This document shows, piece by piece, positions 11,398 to 23,170 of a DNA stretch of 30,965 nt. The DNA is from Malacoraja senta (taxonomy: Eukaryota). The stretch spans positions 124,001 through 154,965 of the forward strand of contig JAXLNO010000264.1 of NCBI GenBank assembly GCA_038087875.1. The letters are read 5' to 3'. Each line of letters starts with the position of its first letter. Within the stretch, counting starts at the first letter, position 1. A model generated the notes under the pieces. It had not been told where the DNA came from, did not search any database, and saw nothing but the letters and a program-made list of their open reading frames with translations. The translations under genes and the position numbers were made by a program.

Positions 11398-13157
11398 AAC
11401 AACGTGGAAGCGTGTTCGTGCAGTTAACAGGAAAGAAAGTGCCGGAAAGGTCACGTTTAAACTAATATGGCAGGGGGATGGGAACCAATGCAGGGAGACA
11501 GAGGTCCTTAAAATGAGGGCAGAAGCAAAAGGGAGAAAAGAAAAACAAACCTGAAAGCTTTGTGCCTTAATGTGAGGAGCATTTGTAATAAGGTGGATGA
11601 ATTGAATGCGCAGTTAGTTGTTAACGGATATGATATAGTTGGGATTACGGAGACATGGCTCCAGGGTGACCAAGGCTTGGAGCTCAATGTGCAGGGGAAT
11701 TCAATATTGAGGAAGGATAGACAGGAAGGAAGAGGAGGTGGGGTGGCATTGCTGGTTAAAGAGGAGATTAATGCCATAGTAAGGAGAGACATTGGCTTGG
11801 ATGCTGTAGAATCGGTATGGGTGGAACTGCAAAATAGCCAAGGGCAGAAAACGCTTGTTGGAGTTGTGTACACCCCACCAAACAGCCGTAGTGAGGTTGG
11901 GATAGCATCAAACAGGTAATTAGAGATGCGTGTGGCAAAGATACAGCAGTTATCATGGGTGACTTTAATCGACATAGATTGGGCTAACCAAATTGATAAC
12001 AATACTGAGGAGGAGGATTTCCTGGATTGTATACAGGATGGTTTTCTAAGCCAATATGCAGTGGAACCAACTAGAGCTGGCCATCCTACTGAGTATTGGG
12101 TAATGAGGAACGATTAGTTGGCAATCTTGTTGTGCAAAGCCCCTTGGGCAATAGTGACCATAATATGGTGGAATTCTGCATGAAGATGGAGAGTGACACA
12201 GTTATTTCAGATATGAGGGTCCTGAACTTAAAGAAAGACAACTTTGATGGTATGAGACGGGAATTGGCTAGGATAGACTGGCAAATGATACTTAGGGTTA
12301 TCGGTGGATATGCAATGGCAAATATTTAAAGATCAATTGGATGAATTACAACAATTGTTCATCCCTGTCTGGCATAAAAATAGAACAGGGAAGGCAGCTC
12401 AACCGTGGCTAATGATGGAAATTAGGGATAGTGTTAAATCCAAGGAAGAGCCATATAAATTGGCCAGAGGAAGCAGCAAAGAAGACATGAGTAGCAGGCA
12501 CCAGAGAACCCTGTCACTTGCAGATTTCCCTCAGAGCAACACCGATTCCTCAATTGTCACCAGAGGACATGAAATGGTGTTGGGTAAACTGTTGGGACTG
12601 AAGGCAGATAAATCCCCAGGGCCTGATGCTCTGCATCCCAGAGTAATCATGGAGGTGGTCCCAGAAATCGTGGATGCATTGGTGATCATTTTCCAATATT
12701 CTATAGACTCTGGATCAGTTCCTGTGGACTGGAGCGTAGCTAATGTAACCCCACTTTGTAAGAAGTGAGGGATAGAGAAAACAGGGAATTATAGACCAGT
12801 TAGCCTGACATCGGTAGTGGTGAAGATGCTTGAGTCGATTATTAAAGATGTAATCGCATTTGGTGAATTTGGAAAGCAGTGACAGGATTGGTCAAAGTCA
12901 GCATGGATTTATGATGGGGAAAATCATGCTTGACTAATCTTCTGGATTTTGTTCAGGATGTAACCAGTAGAATAGATAAGGGGGAGCCAGTGGATGTGGT
13001 GTATCTGGACCTTCAAAAAGCCTTTCACAAGATCCCACACAAGAGATTGGTGTGCAAAATTAGATCATACGGTATTGGGGGTAGGGTCTTGACATGATTG
13101 AGAAGTGGTTGGCAGACAGGAAGCAAAGAGTAGGAATGAATGGGTCCTTTTCAGAAT

Positions 13158-13429
13158 AATAATAATAATGAATTTTATTTATGGGCGCCTTATACCGAGG
13201 TCTCAAGGACACCTTACAGAGATTTATAGGAAACATATAATCAGAATTTAAAAAAATAAGTTATAAAGACCAATACACAAATCAGGGACAGAATTCCTTC
13301 CAAAAACACAAAAAAGAAAATCAGAAGCACAATTTGAGGAGAGAGCAGTGGCAACGAAACCGCGCCAGCGTCCACTCTCCCCTCCGACCTCCATCTTGAA
13401 CACAGACTAACAAATACAATTACAAACAA
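13158..13429 (-). mobile_element. Short non-coding insert with L2-type 3' end (L2 3' UTR or L2-mobilised SINE)
   Basis: The minus strand ends GTAAGGTGTCCTTGAG...AAGGCGCCCATAAATAAAATTC(ATT)n, the same architecture as the L2 end at 27355-27413. It interrupts the CR1 between TCAGAAT and GCAGGCAGTG. Confidence 0.7.
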
Positions 13430-13780
13430 GCAGGCAGTGGGATGCCGCAAGGTCAGTGCTGGGACCCCAGCTATTTACAATATATATTAATGATTTAGAC
13501 AAAGGAATTAAATGGAACATCCCCAAGTTTGCTGATGACACAAAGCTGGGTGGTAGTGTGAGCTCCGAAGAGGATACTATGAGGCTGCAGGGTGACTTGG
13601 ATAGGTTGGGTGAGTGGGTAGATGCATGGCAGATGCAGTATAATGTGGATAAATCTGAGGTTATCCATTTTGGTGGCATGAACAAGAAGGCAGATTATTA
13701 TTTGAATGGTATCAGAGTAGGAAAAGGTGGGGTGCAGCGAGACCTAGGTGTCCTTCTACATCAGTTACTGAAAGTGAGCA

Positions 13781-14098
13781 AGGGCGGTCACGGTGGTGCA
13801 GCGGTATGTGTTGCTGCCTTACAGTGAATGCAGCACCAGAGACCCGGGTTGAATCCCGACTATGGGTGCTGTCTGTATGGAGTTTGTCCGTTCTCCCCGT
13901 GACCTGCGTGGGTTTTGTCCGAGATCTTTGGTTTCCTCCCACACTCCAAAGACGTACAGGTTTGTAGGTTAATTGGTCTGGTAAATGTAAAAATTGTCCC
14001 TAGTGGGGTGTAGGATAGTGTTAATGTGCGGGGATCGCTGGTCGGTGCGGACTCGGTGGGCCAAAGGGCCTGTTTCCGCGCTGTATCTCTAAACTAAA
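13781..14098 (+). mobile_element. Full-length HE1-type tRNA-derived SINE (V-SINE) inserted in the CR1
   Basis: Box A-like TGGTGCAGCGG (13794-13804) and box B-like GGTTGAATCCC (13847-13857). V-domain TGGAGTTTG..CGTTCTCCCCGTG...GGTTTCCTCCCACA.TCCAAAGAC. CR1-derived 3' end with (CTAAA)n tail. Confidence 0.93.
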
Positions 14099-14774
14099 GG
14101 TACAGCAGGCAGTGAAGAAAGCAAATGGCATGTTGGCCTTCATTGCAAGAAGATTTGAGTATAGGAGCAAGGAGGTCCTACTGCAGTTGTACAAGGCCCT
14201 GGTGAGACCACACCTGGAGTATTGTGTGTACTTTTGGTCTCCTAATTTGTGGAAGGACATTCTTGCTATTGAGGGAGTGCAGCGTAGGTTCACCAGGTTA
14301 ATTCCCGGGATGGCGGGACTGACATACTATATGATGAAAGAATGGGTCGACTGGGCTTGTATTCACTGGAATTTAGGTGAGAGGAGATCTTATAGAAGTA
14401 TAAAATTCTTAAGGAATTGGACAAGCTAGATGCAGGAAAAATGTTCCCGATGTTGGGGGAGTCCAGAACCAGTGGTCACAGTTTAAGAATAAGAGGTAGG
14501 CCATTTAGGACTGAGATGAGGAAAAACCTTTTCAGCCAGAGTTGTGAATCTGTGGAATTCTCTGCCACAGAAGGCAGTGGAGGCCAATTCACTGGATGTA
14601 TTCAAGAGAGAATTAGATGTAGCTCTTCGGGCTAACGGAATCAAGGGATATGGGGAGAAAGCAGGAACAGGGTACTGATTCTGGATGATCAGCCATGATC
14701 ATATTGAATGGCGGTGCTGGCTCAAACCTATTTTTTATGTTTCTATGTTTCTCTGATATTCATATAGATCAGTT

Positions 14775-15345
14775 ACTGGTCAATCTCTGCCTTGAATATA
14801 TTCAATGGCTCTCCTGCTCTCTCTGAAGTAAATAATTACACAGAGCCACTGAGGGAAGAAATTGCTCTTCATTTCCATGTTAAATGGACAAACTTTAATT
14901 TTGAAATGATGCCCATCTAACTCAAGATACGTCCCCCAGTTGGGTGCATCCATGCAGCATATTCCATTGGAATCTTACATGTTCCAATCAGAGCCTCAAC
15001 TTTTCTTCCTTGATTAATCCTTTTATCTCGGGAAACAACACAATGAATATTATTTGCACTGCCTCCAATGAAGTATCCTTAAATATGGAAACACAATTGT
15101 ACATGATACTCCAGGTGTTGATTACCAACAGCCTCTAAGCTTCCTCACTTTTATACTCCCACCCTCCCCTGCCCTGGCTTCAATGAAAGCCAACATTGCA
15201 TTATCCTTTCTGATGGCCTATTTTTGTATCTGTATGAAAATCCTTTATAATTCATGTACATAAATTCCGTTGAACCATAATATTTTCTCATGTTGTTCCA
15301 TTTAAATAATTTGCTTTTTAATTCTTCCTTCTAAAATGAAAATTC
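14775..15345 (-). mobile_element. Old, highly degenerate CR1 fragment
   Basis: Patches collinear with the 4550-5562 copy, e.g. CCTTAAATATGGAAACACAATTGTACATGATACTCCAGGTG and AATGAAAGCCAACATTGCATT. Confidence 0.6.
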
Positions 15346-15589
15346 TCATGTTATCGCAACATTGTACCTCATCTTCCCACTTCATGGCATGAATGTATGT
15401 GTAAAGCTATTATTACATTGACATATCTGAAAAAGACTGCTTAATTCTGCCTAAGGATTTTATCATTCATGCTGGCACTTCAATCAAACAATAATGTGAT
15501 TTTTTGATTAGTGTGCCTCTGGGTAAGTATTGATTTTTCTGAATCCTCAGTAATTGCACTTCAAATGTTTTGCATGGGAAGGAGAATCA

Positions 15590-16500
15590 TCAGGTGCTGA
15601 GCATCAATCCGGGAATGCACATTTCCTCTGAAGTATAGATTGAGTCCATGGAAGGGAGGTTGGTTTATGTGATGATCTTGACTTTGTCCATGACTCTCTG
15701 CAATTTCTTGCGGGCTTGAATGGAACTGTTCCCGAACCATGCTGTGATGCATCCTGATAAAATGTTTTCTATGGCGCATCTGTAGAAGTTGGTGAGGATT
15801 ATTGGGGACAGGCCAAATTTCCTAAGCCTTCTAAGGAAGTAGTGGTGTTGGTGTACTTTTTTAGCCATTATATCGATGTGGCTGGTCCAGTACAAATTTC
15901 TGGTGATATTATTCTTAAGAACTTGAAGCTTTCGTCTATCTCTACTTCGGCACCATCAATGTATACCAGGGTGTGTTTACTGCTTTGCATCGTGAAGTCA
16001 ATCACAATATCCTTGGTCTTGCTCACATTGAGGGAGACGTTGTTTAGGCACGAGGTTACGAGGTTCATAATCTCCTTCCTGTACTCCGTCTCAGCATTAT
16101 TTAATATCTGGCTGACTCTGGTGTTGTCTGCAAACTTGTAAATTGAGTCGAATTTTTACTTGGCTGCACAGATGAGTGTATAAGGAGTATAGTAGGGGGC
16201 AGAAAACTGCGGGGCACCAGTGGTGAGAATTATCATGGAGAATAATTTGTAACCTATCCTCACTGATTGTGGTCAGTTGGTCAGGAAGTCGAGGATCCAG
16301 TTGCAGAGGAAGTGCTGACTCCAAGGGCCATGAGTTTGGGTTCACCTTCAGGAAAGCCGATCAAACTTCTGCAACAGTGCCTCTGGTAAAAGGCACTCTT
16401 GAGTCTGACAGGATGGATGTCATCTGCTCATAGTGAGTATAGTCCATCAGGCACTGGGACTCAAGTTTGTCCCGATGTTGTCTCTTGGCATTCCTGAATC
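15590..16500 (-). mobile_element. Rex1/Babar LINE fragment (RT C-terminal half plus internally deleted upstream pieces)
   Basis: WTSHID..AKK..Q..YFLRRLRKFGLS..IL.NFYRCAIE.IL.GCITAWFG; LNVSKTKDIVIDF; PLLYSLYTH. Upstream relics FRNAKRQHRDKLESQC and TVAEV*SAFLKVNP at 16340-16500. Confidence 0.9.
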
Positions 16501-17179
16501 CTCAATAGTGGAATACAGATCTTGCGCAGACAGATGGAATTAGTTTAGATTAGCATAAAGGTTTGTGCAAACACCGTGGGCTGAAGAGATTGTTCCTGTG
16601 TTGTATTAATCTAATTTAAAAAGTTACTGGATTTTATTGAACACAAATTATGAAGTAGATCACTTGAGGTCATTTTTACAATGAAAAAACCTAAAATGTG
16701 TGGTGAAACATATCTTTATTGTAGAATAGATAAGAAGTAGGAAAGTGTGGTGAATGGTAGATTCTAATATTGCTGTTAGTGGGGAAATTATTGGGGAAGT
16801 ACAGTTTATTCTGCAATCAAGATGAAGTGCAGCTAACATAGACAAACAAACTGGTCTTCTGTGGTTCACTTAGCAAGGTTCCATCCGCTCCCCCACCAAA
16901 AACAAACACCCCCTTATCTTAAATTTTGTCATGATTCACTATAAATGTCATCTGAAAAGAAGTTTGAAATTTCTGTGGGCTTTAGTAGTGCGCAAATTAA
17001 CTTTCTCGAATAGATATTTGTCACAAAGTTTGTATATTTGTGGCTGAAAGATACCAATAACCCAATTGAGCTGAATGGGAATGTGCATATTTAGAATCGG
17101 CAAGTTTGTCCATCCAGTTTTTGCATTTCACTGAAACAGAGAATATGACATTTCAGTGCAGCAAGGCCTCTAAGAGGCA

Positions 17180-17895
17180 CTGATCTACATAGCATTACCA
17201 AACACCGTTCAGGTAACATTTCCATAGACTTAATCTATAATTCAAACTTTTAAAATCACTCAGAATCCAAACAGATCAGATCAACAAACTAACAACCCCT
17301 GTTTGGAACGTGTTGGTTACTTACTTTAGTGTCACACAAAGGCAATGGCACAAAAGACCTGGACTGCAGCGTCATCCTAGTTACGCTGATATCATCTACC
17401 CTGCCCCTTGGACAACTGTCCATCTGTGTGCTGCAGGCGAAATCCTGCTGATTACCATTGTTAGGAAAGTATTTTACCTCTATCACTTGTAAGAAAAGTG
17501 ATGCAAGCCTTCATTGCCAGTTATAAAATGGCACATATTTAATGATAACTGCAAACCAGGATCTCTTACCTTCCACTTCAGCACAATCTTGATCCAGAAA
17601 TGGACCAAAAAGCTAAATTGTAAAGGTGGCATATTGGAGCCCTTGTAAAACATTCCCATCCTGAATGTGTGAGAATTGAAGCATTCACAACATCATCTAC
17701 ATATGTATCATCAACATATGGTTAGGGTTACATTTCAACTACCTCCACCTGAGATCACAGAAGCCAGTCATCACATAATATGATTCACACCATATCTAGG
17801 AAAATAAAACTACTGAAAGAACTGGGACCAGACTGAATCCCAGTTATAATTCTGAAGACCTGCACTTCAGCGATAACTACCTCTAGCCAAGCTGC
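17180..17895 (+). mobile_element. Old degenerate LINE ORF2 relic
   Basis: ATCACAGAAGCCAGTC...GGGACCAGAC..AATCCCAG..ATAATTCTGAAGACCTG...CCTCTAGCCAAGCTG (GPD.IP..ILKT...PLAKL-like). The 5' boundary is uncertain. Confidence 0.5.
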
Positions 17896-17921
17896 TGATG
17901 TAAGGTCCATCTGAAAATGAG

Positions 17922-18168
17922 GAAACACAAGAGACTGTAGATGCTAGAGTCTGAAGCAAGGAACAATCTGGAGGAGGAATTCAGCAGGTCAGGCAACATC
18001 TGTGGGGGCAAATGGACAATCAGTGTTTCAGGTCAAGATCCTGCATCTGGACTGAAAGGATGAAAGAGATCAGACCAATTGAAGGGTCTTGACCCACAAC
18101 TTTGACTGTCCATTTCCTTCCACTGATGTTACCTGACCCAAGGAGTGCCTACAACAATTTTGTTTTGT
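17922..18168. mobile_element. Penelope-derived non-autonomous inverted-repeat element
   Basis: Inverted arms 17962-18053 and 18072-18164. Flanking TGAAAATG at 17912-17919 and 18169-18176. Hammerhead-like relic in the arms. Confidence 0.75.
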
Positions 18169-18689
18169 TGAAAATGGAGAAAATTGTTTGAATATATTTT
18201 GTTCACATAAAACAGGATAGTTTCATAATTTCATTATAATATTCTCCACATTAGAACCATTTTGGAGCTGCAATGATTCGAGGAGTTGGCTGTTAATAAT
18301 GGTGTTGAAGCTTCTACAGCGGCTTTAGTTGTTGTTCCACTCCACTTCCAGAATGACCAGAAAGAAGGAAAGGGTCCAAAGGTAAGATCACCTTGACAGT
18401 GGTAGTCATTGGAGATGAGGGAAGATGACTTTGACAGGAAGACATTCACAAAGAGTCTTCTGGAAACATTCACTTTTGTCTGACATATAATTACGTGCAA
18501 AAACGTGCAAAAGAATTTGAAGTTTAATCAATCCACTTTCTTCCAAATAAGTGTCAAGAAATTGTCAAGAATTAGTGGGGAGCACAATGAAAAGATTCAC
18601 TCTCTACCACTTACAAGGCCAATGGCAGCATTTACTCATGCACTCTGACACATGTGACATGTCTTTTAACGAAAACACCACCCTGATCT

Positions 18690-18852
18690 GGGTGACGTAT
18701 TCCTCCTTCCCTCCGAAAAGTCTGAAGAAGGGTCTTGACCCGTAACATCACCCATTCCTTCTCTCCAGAGATGCTGCCTGTCCTACTGAGTTACTCCAGC
18801 ATTTTGTGTTTACCTTGTGTTTAAACCAGCATCTGCAGTTCTTTCCTACACA
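18690..18852 (+). mobile_element. Penelope-derived element with hammerhead-like core
   Basis: CTGAAGAAGGGTCTTGACCCGTAACATC (18722-18749) followed by the family body GATGCTGCCTG...CTGAGTTACTCCAGCA...CCAGCATCTGCAGT. Confidence 0.78.
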
Positions 18853-18911
18853 CTTGATAATGTTCTACCTTGTTTTGAATCATTTTAAAACATTTTGGAG
18901 GATTTAAAGAA

Positions 18912-19273
18912 AGTTAAAAGCGAGCGGGCAAGATCATCTCTGACCCCTCTCACCCTGGCCACAAACTCTTTGAATCACTTCCCTTTGGAAGACGACTCCG
19001 GATTGTCAAAGCTGCCACAGCCAGACATAAAAACAGTTTTTATCCACGAGTAGTTGCTCTACTCAACAGCCAAAAATCTGTAGCCTCCCTTTGATCTGGT
19101 ATTTTGTTGGTTCACATGCTTGATCAATGGTGTTTTATCATTAATGTTTTATTATTATTATTATTATTGTTTAGTGTTTTCTGAGTCATTCGTAACTGTC
19201 ACTGTATGTCATGTTGTTACTTGTGGGCGGAGCACCAAGGCAAATTCCTTGTATATGAATACTTGGCCAATAA

Positions 19274-19307
<34 letters not shown>
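18912..19307 (+). mobile_element. Rex1/Babar 3' fragment with (TTAC)n tail
   Basis: Translates to KRAGKIISDPSHPGHKLFESLPFGRRLRIVKAATARHKNSFYPRVVALLN. AATAAA is followed by about 8 TTAC units. Confidence 0.88.
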
Positions 19308-19308
<1 letters not shown>

Positions 19309-19921
19309 CAGGTTTTATCTGTTTTCCATTGTTTGATTCGCAGATACAGCAATTGTCGAAATACATTACTGATAAGTTTCTTTACACTTTTTCCATCTGT
19401 AAATGATGAAACATTTCATTCATCTTTAATCACTTTAATCAGCTGTGGAAAATATACAATTTCCTGCTTTATCAAAATTAAATTTTGATTCATTAATGCA
19501 ACAATGGAAAATAATAACATTTAGTTTAAATTTCACAAAATGATTAACTTATGCAAAGATTAATGAATTCAAACATCTAAAAACATTCAACTTGCCTAAT
19601 GTCAACCCATTCACTAAATTTTATACAAAATTCTTATTCGATGTCACTGAAAAAAAAATGTCATTGATGGCCAACTAAATGCCATCATGTTAGCATAATG
19701 CGATCATCAGAAACTGATAAGTAGCAGCATCAAAGCAGCACCATATCTCCACACTGTGGTTGTGTTGTAATATTTGTTCTGCAATATTTAAAAATGAAAC
19801 CTGACTAGGAGCCAATAACATATTCTTCTGTTAAGATTGAGTTTAAGATTTCACAGAAATTGAATGATATAAAACAGAACAGCAGATCTTAGAATACAGG
19901 AACCGCCTTATATTCAGGAGT

Positions 19922-20007
19922 AAACAACAAACTGATGAGGATCTCAGTGGGTCAGGCAGCAGTTTGGTTTTGCTCAAGGTTCCAGCATCTGCAGTCTTTA
20001 GTGTCTC
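19922..20007. mobile_element. Collapsed Penelope-derived inverted-repeat element
   Basis: Outer parts of both arms are joined. 13-bp flanking direct repeat TATATTC(A/G)GGAGT at 19909-19921 and 20008-20020. Confidence 0.72.
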
Positions 20008-21304
20008 TATATTCGGGAGTGTTTACAAAGATCTGTATGTCCAACCTCTGTAGCCTAATCTAATTTGGTTTAGTTTAGAAATACAGCACGGAAACCGGGC
20101 CTTGTGTGAAAAGTGGCAAAGATTGGACAATGCCAGTTTGAATGATATGAAGGCAAAGTAGTTTGGGCAACAGTGTTCTTTACTTCAGACGTCGTGGATG
20201 TCTCCAGAAGGTGCACATATCTCTGTAACATTGGTTTTGAAAGATTAGGCAGTGCATTTTTGTTCCTTGGAGTGCAAGAAGTTAGGATTCAGCTCCTACT
20301 GGCCTCTGTCCTCTCCATGGGCACTTCTAATAAGTACTCTACACTTGCTGCTGATTGCCTTATTTGTTGGCCCATATACAATCATTTTAAACAGCAACAA
20401 AAGACAAATCCGAGTTTAGGTGTCTATTAAATCCACCATCTTACATTACTGGCTCTTTGTATGAACTCAAACTCTGCAACAAATAGCTGACAACAAATCT
20501 GCAATTACAGATATGCCTTGACAGGTGCGGGGTGCGACGCACCTTTGTGACTTGTTTTCCTGCACTCAGACCATATTGCAATTTTACTGCTGTTTCAGGT
20601 GCTATCGGTTAAAGTATAGTTTAAATTTAAGTTTGAGCAATGATTGACATCATCTGTGTACTTGATGCATGGAGTCATAAATGGCCAAACAAAGTTTACA
20701 CTAAACACCTTATGTAATATTAGTTCCCATCACAGTTAGTAAATAATTTTGAGTTATAGTCACTTGTATAGGTTTTAAACAGTGCCTTTTGATGAAATTA
20801 TGACAAATTAAAATAGATTAAAGTAAGCTTTTCATAATATTTTCCTTCTGCATAACCTGATTAACTCGGTCAGACTTGTCTCTTTATTGATCTGGGAGTA
20901 GTTTTATATCGATCAGGCAAATGTTTCTGAAATGAGTAAAGCGATTTAAAAATAGTTTTGAGGTAGCAGAGTGGAAATGAGCAGCCAAATTGTGCACCAT
21001 TCTTGAATACAATGCAAGAGGTGGTCTAATGAACTAACCAGCATGCTACCAGACCTATCTAAGCCGAACACGCAGAGATATAGTTTTTAGGATTTACGCC
21101 TTTGTTTTTTTTAAATGTTTTAACCATTTCCTGAAAGTAGATGCAACTATGCTGACACCATTATCTTTGAAGTAAAATATTCAGGGCCTTTCAGAAGAAT
21201 CATATCAAACAAAGTTAACATTTTTTGGCATAAGGACAGAATTAAACTCCTGGTGACAATACTAGGCTTCCTATGTGTGAACAGATCCTTTAGAAGAGTG
21301 GTAC

Positions 21305-21448
21305 TTCTGCCCCTCCTTTCCAGCTTTCTCTCCCCCCAAAGTACAATCAGTTTGAAGAAAGGTCCCAACCCAAAACGCCACCTATCCATGATCTCTAGAG
21401 GTGCTGCCTGACCCGCTGAGTTACTTCAGCACTGTGTGTCTTTTTTGT
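21305..21448 (+). mobile_element. Penelope-derived element
   Basis: TTGAAGAAAGGTCCCAACCCAAAACGCC followed by GCTGCCTGACCCGCTGAGTTACTTCAGCAC. It is the reverse complement of the 29470 copy. Confidence 0.75.
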
Positions 21449-22179
21449 GGCACCTCGTCAGAGATTAAAATCCACATGCCTGTTCTTTCTACCACCACAA
21501 TGATACTTACACATGTTCCATTCCTGACAATCAAGCCATTGATAACCTTCATTATGCTTAAGGATGAGGAGATTTTACAAAATACCCAGTCACCAACTTG
21601 CACTTGTAGCCTCCATATTTATATGGTTAATCTAGTCACAACTCAATTCAGTGATGACAAAATTATTGATGGTGGGAAATTGACAATGGTCTTGCTGTTG
21701 AAAATCAAAGAGTCGTGGTAGGTACTCTCCAATGCTGTAGAGATTTTTTGCTTGGCAGTTAGGTAACATTAATGTACCCTGTATTTATCGCCCAAACCTG
21801 AATGGTTATTAAATGTTTTATTACGGATTAAACTAAGATGGTTTAATTTTCTGGGAAGTTATGAATGGAATTTAACATAACAGAATCATGCCCAAAACTA
21901 CTAAAGTTTTACTGCATGATGGAATTAAATAGCTGAATGTGATTGTGCCCGAGACTCTGCCTTGAAGGTCTTCAGGGATTAAGCAATTGACTTTATCTGA
22001 CCCCAGCATGTTAAAATCTGGTGACTCCTATATATTGGCTCAGTGGACTATACACGTTGTATTTAATTTAGTATTGGGTTTATATATAGTCATACTTTGT
22101 TGAACTATATGCAAAAAAGGAATTTCACTGTACCTTGGTACATGTGACAATAACGAACCAATGAAGTGTTTTCTCTCCA

Positions 22180-22375
22180 ATTCCATTGATTTCTATTTCA
22201 ATTGGAGCTTTTTGATGCCACACTTGGTCAACTACTTTTGTCAAAGTTAATCTCAGAATACTTCTGAGTCAGTTCTTTTGACATGTTTGGCAATGGACTT
22301 CAGTGATCCGAATGGAATCCATCTGAGTTTTAAATGACAGGTTATTGGTGAGTTGACGGTGCTCTATAGTACTAC
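22180..22375 (-). mobile_element. Old degenerate LINE RT relic
   Basis: TTGATGCCACACTTGGTCAA is the reverse complement of FD.VWH-type coding sequence. CAGGTTATTGGTGAG lies nearby. Confidence 0.45.
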
Positions 22376-22439
22376 TGGATGACCCATGTAGTGGAGGTCC
22401 ACCACCAGGTGAAGTTCAAATGGTAGAGCATACTGTATG

Positions 22440-23170
22440 CCTCTGCATCGATGGTGCTGATGTGAAGATGACTGAGAGCTTCATAGGTGTAAATATCACC
22501 AAGAATTAGTCCTAGATCAACCACTTTAAAGTTACAGCTGAGAAACCACACCAACACATCTACTTCCTCAGAAGAATAAGGAAGTTCAGCCTGACTCCAA
22601 TGACTCCTATGAACTTCTACAAATACATCATAGAAAGCATCCTGTCTGAATGCATCACAGCTTGGTTTGGCAACCGTTCTGCCCAAACTACAGAAATTGC
22701 AAACAGTTGTGGATATAGCCCAGTATATCACCCAAGCTAGCCTCATTCACGATCAACTCCATCTACACTTCACAGTGATTCGGGAAAGCAGCCAAAATAA
22801 TGAAGGACTATTTACATCCTGGTCATTCCCTCTTTTCCCCTCTCCCATCCAACAGAAGATACAAAACTTGAAAACACATAGCACCAGTTTCAGGAACAGC
22901 TTCTTCTCCTCTCAGAAGATAAAGGTATAGTCCTGATCCCCAACCTACCTTTGCGGCTTTTGCACTCTTTTTATGTGCACCTTCTCTGCAGCTGCAACAC
23001 CATCACACTGTACACTGCATTTTGCTATCAGGTACTTTTCTTTTTACATTACCTGTTGTACTTATGTATGGCTTGATTGATTTAATCATAGAATGATTTA
23101 ACTGAAAAGCATGTAAACAACAATTTCATTGTATTTCAATACACATGACAATAATAAACCAATACCTATA
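22440..23170 (+). mobile_element. Degenerate Rex1/Babar 3' fragment
   Basis: YFLRRIRKFSL...NFYKYIIESILSECITAWFGN...KLQTVVDIAQYITQ...STSFRNSFF. Ends in a CACATGACAATAATAAACCAATACC tail. Confidence 0.85.

Larger units (their letters stand above)
11454..14752 (+). mobile_element. Long defective CR1 LINE (probable ORF1 end, APE endonuclease, RT, 3' UTR) with internal deletion and three insertions
   Basis: Endonuclease motifs CLNVRSI..K, YDIVGITETWL, GRGGGVALLV, VVYTPP and LGNSDH. KSPGPD...W..ANVTPL. RT FADD at 13528-13539. (CTATGTTT)n tail. Many frameshifts and stops. Confidence 0.95.

Noticed and set aside
13781..13860. tRNA-like A and B boxes
   Set aside because: Head of the HE1 SINE. It continues into the V-domain and a LINE-derived tail, so it is not a tRNA gene.
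16345..16500. Several short inverted repeats suggesting a structured RNA
   Set aside because: The minus strand translates to Rex1-type ORF relics, and the pairings are not consistently nested, so they are likely chance.
20100..20430. 85-aa plus ORF with a nearly open minus frame
   Set aside because: No recognisable motif, an in-frame stop on the minus strand and no convincing splice-site pair.
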